A DNA stretch of 63,884 nucleotides, the filler included, from Craspedostauros australis (taxonomy: Eukaryota): NCBI GenBank assembly GCA_030167865.1. It is 16 parts of 16 records of this genome, joined end to end, with 100 filler letters (N's around TTAATTAATTAA, not from the genome) between each part and the next. Parts side by side here need not be neighbours in the genome. Positions count along the whole stretch, not along the records: positions 1 to 4,412 come from JALAGF010005667.1; positions 4,513 to 5,991 come from JALAGF010005668.1; positions 6,092 to 9,294 come from JALAGF010005669.1; positions 9,395 to 13,108 come from JALAGF010005670.1; 12 more parts are not named here. The stretch is one strand, 5' to 3'. The position numbers and the translations under genes were made by a program. Shown here one piece after another: positions 1 to 9,784 of this stretch. The notes under the pieces were generated by a model, which had not been told where the DNA came from, did not search any database, and was given only the letters and a program-made list of their open reading frames with translations. The first letter of the stretch is position 1. The number at the start of each line of letters is the position of its first letter.

Positions 1-80
1 TAATGAAATAGCAAACAGACGACTATCAACCAACACCATCTTCCACGATCGTAGGTTACCGTGAGCGGAACTTGCCAACA
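1..80 (+). repeat. 3' end of the 5' LTR of Copia family A
   Basis: Ends ...CGGAACTTGCCAACA. The same terminus occurs at 15265, 36835 and 59534 (minus), and the last two are followed by unrelated flanks. Confidence 0.85.
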
Positions 81-162
81 CGTTTATAAACNNNNNNNNN
101 NNNNNAGCCCGCGAATCGTATCGTGCGAGGAAGACGAACATCATTCAAGAGCAGCAGGCTGA

Positions 163-3092
163 ATGAGCGAGGAAGAGGAATTGAAAGAGATCCCTCTGTC
201 CAATCCGGCTATCAAGAGAGAAGAAGGTGCGAGTGAGACTCCACCACGAGAAGAGAAGGAAGCAGCCGCGGCTACTGTCCTATCAGGCACAGACGCAAGC
301 GCGATCGACGAGACCGAAGAAGAACGGTCTGCAAGACTACACCGTAAGGAGAAGAGGATTCTCAAGGCGGTCAAGCAAGAGGAAACTGGTGTGACGGAGA
401 GCATTCGCACAGCCAAACAGAGTGGTAAAAGTGAGACACCACCAGGAGGAGAATTTGTGACGAAAACAATCTCCACGCAACAACAGGCGAAATTCGAAAA
501 AGTGACAACACAGAAACAGACGGAAATCAAGGGCGCGAGCGCACCAACAACGAAGCAACGAATCAACATGGCGACATCAGCCAACATGAACAAGCAACGC
601 ATCAAGGCGCCGATGTTCAGCAGTGAACAGGAAGACTACAGTGCATGGGAGTCCCAAGCGAAGGCATACGCTCGTGCACAGAAGACGAGAGACATGATGT
701 TGGGCAAGACCAAGGTCCCAACAGTGAGCAAGATCGCGGCAGCCACTGACGATGCCAAGGAAGCGATGGAGGAAATCTACAAACTGGGATGCGACTGCTT
801 CAGCGATCTGATCCTCATGATGGATGCAGAGAAAGGAAAGGGCAAGCAGGCCATCCAGTACATCAACCAATGCGTCTCCGACAACTACCCCGAAGGAGAC
901 GCACACGCAGCGTGGAACGTTCTCGCGGAGAAGTTCCGTCCATCCGACTCAGCGACGAAGATCAAACTCAAGCGTCAGTTCAACAACGAAAAGATGAAGA
1001 GAGACTCGGACCCCGACATCTACATCACACGACTGGAGGGTCTACAATCGCGTCTCCACGATGTCAAGTATGAGATCACGGACAAGGAAATGATCATGCA
1101 AATCCTCAGCACGGTGAGCAGCGAATACAAAACTCACATTGTGAACTTCCAACATCAACTCACGTTCAATCCGGAACTGGTTACCATCAACGCGATCAGA
1201 GGAGTACTCCGCACTGCATACGCCACTCATCAAGGAGGCAAAGCATACGTCAACGACTTCCAAGACAGCAACACGAAGAGCAACGACACCGGCTTCACAA
1301 GCACCGGTAACTTCAAGGGTACTTGTCACAACTGTGGCGTGTATGGCCATAGATCCGCCGATTGCCCAGAACGCAAGAAGTCAAACAACAAGAAAAATAA
1401 CAACAACAACAACAAAATGAACGGAAAGCGCAACAAGGGAAGCGGCTTCAACGGTAAGTGCAACTACCGTGGCATCTTCGGACACCGCAAGGCGGAGTGC
1501 CAAAAGAAGAAGTTCAACGCGAAGAAGAAGGCCGACGAACAGGCCAACACAGCGAACCAAGGACACGACAAGAGCGGGCACGAGATGGTATTCTCGGCAT
1601 AGGACATGCCGCTCTGCATGTTGGTGTCCGACGACTACATCGAAGACTCCTTCTTCGATAACTTCGAATGCATCAGGAGTGACAACGAAGTGCAGGGCGA
1701 TGAGATTGTCCCAGAGTGGCTCGACGATGAGCCCATCATCCACGAGGTGGATCCAAGACGCGAAGTGAGCTACGAATGCTGCTCCAACGCAAACGACCTG
1801 ATCGGTCCACACGGCGACCGAGCCGAGATAGGCAACGAGGCCATCGATATCGACATCGACATCGACGAGGCCATGAGCGCAGAGGACGACGACGCCAACG
1901 AGGACAGCGCGGATCAAGACGACGACAACGTCTCCAGAGATGAGATGAATGGCGGCAAGGCGCTGCCCCCTCCAGTAGCGGGGAACAACAGATCGGGCAT
2001 CTTCGACGAAGATGACAGCGACGAAGCTGAAGACCATCCGAGCGACACCTTCAATCCCAACGAACATGTCGTCCACCCAATCAGAATCCAATTCCCACCA
2101 GAACCAAACCCCGGAAGAGTCGACGACATCTACCGACACGGCACGTTCCCAAATCCAACAGCTACTGCAAAGAGAATGCAGAAGCAACTCATCTACGATG
2201 CAGTACTCACAGCTGCACTGCCAATGTTTCCAGGATTCGTGAATGAGCCATTGCGATACATATGGGTGAACATGGTAAGCACCATCCTGTCCGAGACCTT
2301 CAAATCGATTGAAGAGATCCTCGCCAACACAGCAATCCTCAACCGACTATTGCAGGCAGCAGGAGAAGACTCAATCCCAGAACTGGACCTACATTACGTG
2401 CTCGGAGGATGCATGCAGGTGCTCCTGCGCGAGCGACCACGTGTCACACCATACAACACAGTAACTGGAGTCCATCGAAACAGCACAGTCCCAGCAGACT
2501 TCGCAGAACTACCCAGCGATGACAACATGGACGAAGATCACAATCCATACAATGAAGATGGAGTCCACGAAGACGAAGACGATGGAAGCTACGACGACGA
2601 AATAGCTGCAGCAGCCATGGAGCAGCTCCACGAATTGAGCACCAAGCACAAGGACAAGGTCAACAAGAACACCTGGCTTGCTGACAGCGGAGCTTCGTGT
2701 CACATCGTCAACTCGGACGCCGCTCTCTTCAACGTGCAGCACATCAAGTCCTTCGTCCAAGTGGGAGACAGCACGAAGCTGGATTCTCCCAAGATAGGAT
2801 CCATTCGCTTGAAGATCAAGCAGCGAGACAACACTGGCCACATCATCCGACTCGATGACGTGAAGTACACACCGAAAATGGCGGTGAACCTTTTCTCCAC
2901 GAACAAGGCTCTGTACAATGGTTACCAGCTTGGTAACAACGGCATTCTAATGGACATCATCAACGGATCCGGAACGAAGATCGTGTTCGATCGAGTCTTC
3001 CCTACATCCAACGGATTCGTCATGGGAGTGCAGATGCATCCCATCATGCCAGCAGATGACGACAAGGCTTTCACAGCCATAATCAAGAATCC
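163..3092 (+). mobile_element. Ty1/Copia family A gag - extra module - protease; defective and 3'-truncated
   Basis: Copia gag core (YSAWESQAKAYA, AWNVLAEKF, PDIYITRLE), zinc knuckle CHNCGVYGHRSADC, second knuckle mutated (CNYRG), protease WLADSGASCH. In-frame TAG at 1600-1602. Homology to the copy at 49585 stops at about 3092. Confidence 0.92.
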
Positions 3093-3999
3093 TTTTTAGG
3101 GTTTACAGTAACCTGTAAGCTTAATTGCAACCCCGTGTTATTTCAAAAAAGTGACATTTCAACGCAATCGAAGACTGGTGATCACAGCTATTGATCTTTA
3201 TCCATGCACTGTCATTTTGACACTGCTGAGCTTGTTTTATCCCATATTCTTGTGTGATATTATATGTCATGGTGTGCAGTGTCATATTCACATGTGATAT
3301 CCTGTGTTATCTTGTATGTTGTGGTGTGGTGAATGTATGTGTGTGTGAGCACGTGGATGTGTGAGTATCACAGTTGATGGTGTTGTTCCCCCTCCTCCCC
3401 CACAAGTCAGCCATTTCATGGGACTTGTGCCATCCTCCNNNNNNNNNNNNNNNNNNNNNNNNNNNNNNNNNNNNNNNNNNNNNNNNNNNNNNNNNNNNNN
3501 NNNNNGCCATTTCATGGGACTTGTGCCATCCTCCTGTAGTTGGAATGATATTAACAATAGTTCATTTGATGTTGACAGATAGTTCATTTGCCATTGACAA
3601 TGTTCATTTGCCATTGACGATGTTCATCTCACATTAACATGGTTGCACGTGCTATCACATGTAGTTTGTGTTGTACACATGCATCACTATCTCCATCACC
3701 AAGTTGATTGAGAGTGTGGTTCTTGTTGTCACATGTGCGTATGGTCATGGTCGACATGTGTGTGTGCTTACATGCACATGACACTGTGTATTGCGAGTAC
3801 TGGTTGATGTTGAGTACTTTGATCATCAATATCTCACGTTGTAGAAGTCCGTTGAAGATGGTAGAGGTGTTGACGTGTACGTATGGACACGTTGCGTGTG
3901 TGTGTACACATAGATGTACGTGACCATGTGTACATCATGGTGTAGCGTGGTGTACATGTTTAACACGGTGTATCGCGTGGCTCGTAGTATCTCGCGTTG

Positions 4000-4300
4000 T
4001 TTGGGAGTTGCGGATGATGAACATTCGTCCGCACTTTCGGGGAGTTGTGGATCATCGACATTTTCCATACATTTACGTCCGTACGTCGACCGTAGGTGTA
4101 TGTGGGCCCATACAAACGTCTGTACGTCGACCGTCAACTGACCCAAACATCGGGCTGACCGTCGTACGTGGAGTTGCGGAACATGAACATTTTCCATACA
4201 AAAACGTCCGTCCTTCGACCGTGTGTATTGCGTGCCCATACAAACGTCTGTACNTCGTCCGTCAATCGACCCAAACTTCGGTCTGGCCGTCGTACGTCAC
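4000..4300 (+). repeat. Degenerate subtelomeric tandem repeat (~130-bp unit)
   Basis: GCCCATACAAACGTCTGTAC...GACCCAAAC at ~4106 and ~4234; GGAGTTGYGGA...ACATT at ~4004, ~4040 and ~4170. Lies immediately inside the telomere tract. Confidence 0.65.
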
Positions 4301-4357
4301 CGTGTTAAATCCTCGTACATTAGGGTTTGATTGATTGCGCCTGCGGACCCTCCAGCG

Positions 4358-4412
4358 AGGGTTAGGGTTAGGGTTAGGGTTAGGGTTAGGGTTAGGGTTA
4401 GGGATTAGGGTT
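4358..4412 (+). repeat. Telomeric repeat (TTAGGG)n at the scaffold end
   Basis: Eight TTAGGG units (one extra A at 4404), G-rich strand running 5'->3' toward the scaffold end, the expected orientation for a true chromosome end. Confidence 0.9.
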
Positions 4413-4512
4413 NNNNNNNNNNNNNNNNNNNNNNNNNNNNNNNNNNNNNNNNNNNNTTAATTAATTAANNNNNNNNNNNNNNNNNNNNNNNNNNNNNNNN
4501 NNNNNNNNNNNN
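4413..4512. other. Artificial scaffold spacer (44 N + TTAATTAATTAA + 44 N); first of 15
   Basis: Identical construct with the 12-mer at 4457, 6036, 9339, 13153, 18429, 24461, 30161, 35427, 38469, 40850, 43845, 48072, 49529, 52495 and 60010. The 12-mer has stops in all six frames, and sequence content changes abruptly across each spacer. Confidence 0.97.
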
Positions 4513-5991
4513 GGTGATTCGGTAATGATTGCATTCATTCCGTACAGTCCTGTTGTGCTATAGTGAGTGATCTCAATCTCTCCTTCATCTGCAATTGCTT
4601 CGTCATCTGTAGTTTCGTTGTTGGAGTCGTCGGTCATCTCATCGCTCAGTTCATCACTGTCTTCGTTGGATGATGGATCGCTTTCATATCCTTCTTCCTT
4701 TCGACCTCGTTCGTTGAAGTCTGCGAGCTCACGCAGAGCTCTAGGAATANTCTTTCCTGTAGTTGACTTNGGATTNGNTTCTCCCTTCCTGCCTCGTGCT
4801 TCGTGACGTNGGATCCTCTCCTTTCTAGCTATGTCACGTTTGTTTGGTTTGTTCGGTGGAGATCTGGATGGTGTACCATGTGTAGACCTCGCTGGCGTGT
4901 TCGGAGGAGTAACGCCTGTGTCATCGTCGGCTTCATCGCTGGATGGTATGATCTCGTCATCCTCGTGATTGGATTCGCTCCGATCCTCCTCGTCGTTATG
5001 GACTGATTGAATTACTGCTNNNNNNNNNNNNNNNNNNNNNNNNNNNNNNNNNNNNNNNNNNNNNNNNNNGTCCATGGAGTCGAACTCCTTCTTGATGGCT
5101 GCTCGATATCCCTTTCGATGAATGGGATCTGGATGATTGAAGGCTCCATCGAATGTTGTAGGTTCGATGTGCTTATCTGGTTCTTTGTTCTGGTCCTGCA
5201 TCGACAGTCCGATGTCGATCGCTGGTGATTCGGTAATGATTGCATTCATTCCGTACAGTCCTGTTGTGCTATAGTGAGTGATCTCAATCTCTCCTTCATC
5301 NNNNNNNNNNNNNNNNNNNNNNNNNNNNNNNNNNNNNNNNNNNNNNNNNNNNNNNNNNNNNNNNNNNNNNNNNNNNTTGGATGATGGATCGCTTTCATAT
5401 CCTTCTTCCTTTCGACCTCGTTCGTTGAAGTCTGCGAGCTCACGCAGAGCTCTAGGAATACTCTTTCCTGTAGTTGACTTAGGATTTGCTTCTCCCTTCC
5501 TGCCTCGTGCTTCGTGACGTTGGATCCTCTCCTTTCTAGCTATGTCACGTTTGTTTGGTTTGTTCGGTGGAGATCTGGATGGTGTACCATGTGTAGACCT
5601 CGCTGGCGTGTTCGGAGGAGTNNNNNNNNNNNNNNNNNNNNNNNNNNNNNNNNNNNNNNNNNNNNNNNNNNNNNNNNNNNNNNNNNNNNNNNNNNNNNNN
5701 NNNNNNNNNNNNNNNNNNNNNNNNNNNNNNNNNNNNNNNNNNNNNNNNNNNNNNNNNNNNNNNNNNNNNNNNNNNNNNNNNNNNNNNNNNNNNNNNNNNN
5801 NNNNNNNNNNNNNCGATGTTTGACGCGTTGCCGTCCTTGGCGTTGCTCCCTTCCGTCCGATGGTTGTGAAGCCGTCTGCGTCTGTCGTTCCTGTTTCGTT
5901 GGAGATATTCGGTGCTGGTGCCCAGCCACGGAACTGTCCGTATGATTGGTTGAGCCACTTGATATCGCGTGAGCAGATGAGTGACTTGGTC
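4513..5991 (-). mobile_element. Copia family A fragment: integrase-RT acidic linker and start of RT
   Basis: Matches 45720-46890 (RALRELADFN, IEPTTFDGAFNHPDP, AIKKEFDSMD). Blocks are duplicated across N gaps. Confidence 0.9.
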
Positions 5992-6091
5992 NNNNNNNNN
6001 NNNNNNNNNNNNNNNNNNNNNNNNNNNNNNNNNNNTTAATTAATTAANNNNNNNNNNNNNNNNNNNNNNNNNNNNNNNNNNNNNNNNNNNN

Positions 6092-9071
6092 GCGGTCGTT
6101 GTGGAGTTGTCTCCGAGCGCATCCGCGGTCTCTGTGGTGCTGGTGCATCGGTGTTTCGCACCACCCCCACTTGGTACATCGCCTTCATCTACCTTCCCTT
6201 GCCACCCACTCCAACACAGTGGAGGGCCTGCTTCATGAAGGGAGCTTCATTTTTGTGGCCCAGCTTTTCGAGCTTTCTGGCCTTGCCCCGAACCGACTTC
6301 ATGAACCACGATTGTAACATGAGAGTTGTGAGGTCGTGGTCAAGCTTGTGCATCCACTCCGAAGTGGTGCTTCCTGCCTGGAAACTGAATGGATGGTTGG
6401 GCTCCTGCTCGATCTCCTTCATCGCCAGGGCAACCAATCTCTCCACAACCTTCTCTCGTGGCATTTTCGTTGTGTTGGTGTTGGGGAGACGAGCTTTGAG
6501 GTCTTTCTTGAGGGAGGCGTCGCTGACAGCCACGAATCGCCGTCAAACCTTGTTGTCATCAGCGAGGATGGTGCGGAGCATTTTGCATTGTGTGGCTCTG
6601 GTTCGCTGGGGCTTGCTGCAGTAAAACATAACCATGAGTTTGATGAACTCTTTGTCAGGGAAGGCATCCTCTTCAGGGGCATTGTCGCGGAGAGAGGAGA
6701 GAAGTGCAATTTCAACATGACGGGAATCGAAGGTGGGAGATGTGGGTTTGGAGTATAAATCAAGTGCGCGCAATCTCGCTTTTTCTGCTTGCAACGCATG
6801 GTGGTACTTCGCCTTCCGACCAAGCACGTCATATCCCAAGTAGCGGCCAATGCATTCCCATGCAGTTTGATTGAATATGGTGGCGTTGTTGGTGTTGCAC
6901 CACTCTCCACTTTCAAGCACCTTCTGTGTCATGCTGTGGGTGGAGGTGCTCATGAACGTCAAGCGGCGGTGGACGAACCACAGATGGTCACCCTGGCCAC
7001 AGGTGAGTCCATCCACAGGCAGATCCCACACCATATCTGCCCAACGCTGTTTCACATTCTTGGATGCGGCAGCCACAACACCGGTTGTGCCAAGGGGAGC
7101 TTGGGATATGGCAGCTCTGACTGCTGAGGATCGTGTTGGATTGACAGTGCACGTTTGGAAGAAATGTGGGTAGTGCGGGGATCTTGGATTGCTCCCATAC
7201 TTGTCCTCCACCATGTCTTGGTACTTTTGTTGGTCGCTGGCATTGGTGAGGGTGAGGTCCCACTCGAAGCCACTTGATCTTGTGGAGAGTGCAAGTACAG
7301 TTTGTTCGTTGAGACGGTATCCGTAGCATGTCAATTGTTGTTTGCCGATGCTGTTGGTGACAGCGCTATGCACCATCCTTGGCCCCTTCCTCTCAATATT
7401 CATCTGGAGTGCACCCTTGCCAATGGATGGGCCGAAGGTGAATGGTAGGTATCCAGCTCGCATGTGTGTACCCTCCAGATTGGCACCCCTAGTAGTGAGG
7501 AAGATGGTGGTGCTGTAGCAGTTGTATCCTCGATCTGTCATGAGGGTTAGATTTCGAAAAGAACCATCTGGCTCTTTTAGTTGGGTGAACAACCGATAGG
7601 TGTCGTCATCCAACCCATCTCGGCAAGCGGCCAACCCCACAACAAGTCCAGAAGCAGACTGGACAAGAGTGTTCAGAGTTAATCTGAAGGAATGCAGAAG
7701 ACGGAAACGAGACGGAGACCTGGGGTGAGGAATTGAAATATGAAATGGAGATGCCACCCCTNNNNNNNNNNNNNNNNNNNNNNNNNNNNNNNNNNNNNNN
7801 NNNNNNNNNNNGAGTGCACCCTTGCCAATGGATGGGCCGAAGGTGAATGGTAGGTATCCAGCTCGCATGTGTGTACCCTCCAGATTGGCACCCCTAGTAG
7901 TGAGGAAGATGGTGGTGCTGTAGCAGTTGTATCCTCGATCTGTCATGAGGGTTAGATTTCGAAAAGAACCATCTGGCTCTTTTAGTTGGGTGAACAACCG
8001 ATAGGTGTCGTCATCCAACCCATCTCGGCAAGCGGCCAACCCCACAACAAGTCCAGAAGCAGACTGGACAAGAGTGTTCAGAGTTAATCTGAAGGAATGC
8101 AGAAGACGGAAACGAGACGGAGACCTGGGGTGAGGAATTGAAATATGAAATGGAGATGCCACCCCTCTGCAACAAAACACACAATGCTGTTTGTCACTTA
8201 CCCATTACGATTTGCATGAGTATGTCTCATGCCAAGCAGATAGCTGGTCTCTGCACGGCTGCTGCAATGGACCTTGTCATCATCCAATGTGACGATCCGA
8301 TTCGGGCAACAATGACGAAGACAAAGAATCTCAAGCGTCCTGTTGAAAGCCCTTTCGAATTCGGTCCAAACAAAGCGATGGCCATTCCGAGAGACAGGGT
8401 TTCCATTGCATTGAATACGGTCCCAGAGATTGACGTAGTGCTGTCTGGCAGGAAAGCTGGGAAGCGTGGAAGCGTTGCCGCCATTGTAGAGCCGACGAAC
8501 GGTGCAGCCTTCCACCATCTGTGATATGATGGCATAGAGGAACTCCATGTACTCAGCATATGAGAAACCCAGCCCGCTTGGGCCAAATGCACGGATGAAA
8601 ATGGGAGATGTGGGGCCCAGCACATTGTGGATCAAGTCATGGGGTGTTGGCACGTATGGTGGAGACCCAGGAGGACTCTTGGGGAAGCGCTGCAAGACAG
8701 CTGTTCGCAGTGAACGAGTCTCTTCCTTTGCATGGATGAGAGCAAGCTTGTGCGCTTCTCCAACAGTCACTTTTGTTGCATGGTCGTAGGCCGAGAGCAC
8801 CTTCCACTCCACAGAGATCTCCCGACTCCCTTTCTTGGGAGGGAGGACGATGCGATGGCTGTAGCCAGGAAGCGAGCACGGTTGGACTCCAAAATCGCCA
8901 ACAGGATTTGGAGGCGCCAATGTTGGCACTGCGCCCTCGTCATCGCTATTGACACAGATCCCATCTCCTTCTTCTTCATGGGTGTGCTTGCCTGCATCAC
9001 CCATTCCATCATCCAAAACATGTCCAAAGGGATGAAGCTGCTGGGATGGAGAGACATTGCCATGGCCGGTT
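6092..9071 (-). mobile_element. Intron-containing piggyBac-like DD transposase fused to a YqaJ/lambda-exonuclease-like region; defective and incomplete
   Basis: Motifs TLDDDK, LMTDRGY and ANLEGT..R..LPFT, then GQGDHLWFVHRRLTFMSTS, SWFMK..LGHKNE and MYQVGVV. A GTAAGT..CAG intron at 8201-8089 joins the ORFs in frame. In-frame stops at 6543-6545 and 6189-6191. Confidence 0.6.
8089..8201 (-). other. Spliceosomal intron, 113 bp
   Basis: Donor GG|GTAAGT at 8201, pyrimidine-rich tract, acceptor CCTTCAG|A at 8089. Splicing gives ...NRNG-LTLNTLVQSASG in frame. Confidence 0.8.
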
Positions 9072-9396
9072 NNNNNNNNNNNNNNNNNNNNNNNNNNNNN
9101 NNNNNNNNNNNNNNNNNNNNNNNNNNNNNNNNNNNNNNNNNNNNNTGATGAAGGTGACGTATCGAAGAAGGCAAGCTGGAAGAAGAAGGCAGTATGGGGG
9201 ATGCTGCGAATGATAAGCAAGGAGGTGCAAGGTTGATGATGGGATGAAATGAACCACAGCAGGCAAGGAGGTTGGAGAGGGAGGGTTGTTGCCANNNNNN
9301 NNNNNNNNNNNNNNNNNNNNNNNNNNNNNNNNNNNNNNTTAATTAATTAANNNNNNNNNNNNNNNNNNNNNNNNNNNNNNNNNNNNNNNNNNNNTG

Positions 9397-9768
9397 ATGA
9401 ACAACGCAAGAACCAAAACTGACTGGTACGTGCAACTGCACGCAAATCCCATGCGTGTCAAATCGTCGCTGTTTGCGGTGTACAGTGCCAAACAACGCAA
9501 AGAAAAGAAGGAGGCTGCCCTCATCAAGACAGAAACCACCACAACACCGACCACCACCACCAACACAACAAGCAAAGCAACAGTAACAGCATCTGCAATC
9601 GTGGCCATCCATAATGTGCCAGATGGAACAGAGGAGGAACGAATCGAAGAGGAGTTGCAGAGAGAGGAAGAGGAATTGGAGAATCAGAGGTGGTGTGATG
9701 CTCACACAGTGAAGGCGAATGCAGAAAGTGAGGCTGTGTTGGATGATGATGGCACGAAAATTTTGTGA
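9397..9768 (+). CDS. C-terminal fragment of an unknown protein (Thr-rich then Glu-rich tail)
   Basis: Open from the scaffold start, protein-like composition, no recognisable domain. Confidence 0.35.
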   Translation: MNNARTKTDWYVQLHANPMRVKSSLFAVYSAKQRKEKKEAALIKTETTTTPTTTTNTTSKATVTASAIVAIHNVPDGTEEERIEEELQREEEELENQRWCDAHTVKANAESEAVLDDDGTKIL

Positions 9769-9784
9769 GGGGTGTGCATTGCCG

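Noticed and set aside
1594..1611. Programmed stop-codon readthrough between gag and pol (in-frame TAG)
   Set aside because: The paralog has AAG at the same codon (GCA AAG GAC ATG, ~16790) and the gag at 48170 also reads through. This copy has other lesions, so it is a simple nonsense mutation.
4457..4468. TTAATTAATTAA as a biological motif or piggyBac TTAA site
   Set aside because: Always centred in 44+44 N; it is an artificial six-frame-stop linker.
7411..8165. Tandem domain duplications flanking ~50-N gaps (also near 5030, 10460, 17160, 31100-33770, 42170, 45970, 47160, 50300, 57300, 63080)
   Set aside because: Overlapping near-identical blocks on either side of fixed-size gaps are typical of unmerged contig overlaps, alleles or paralogs, so they cannot be accepted as real duplications.
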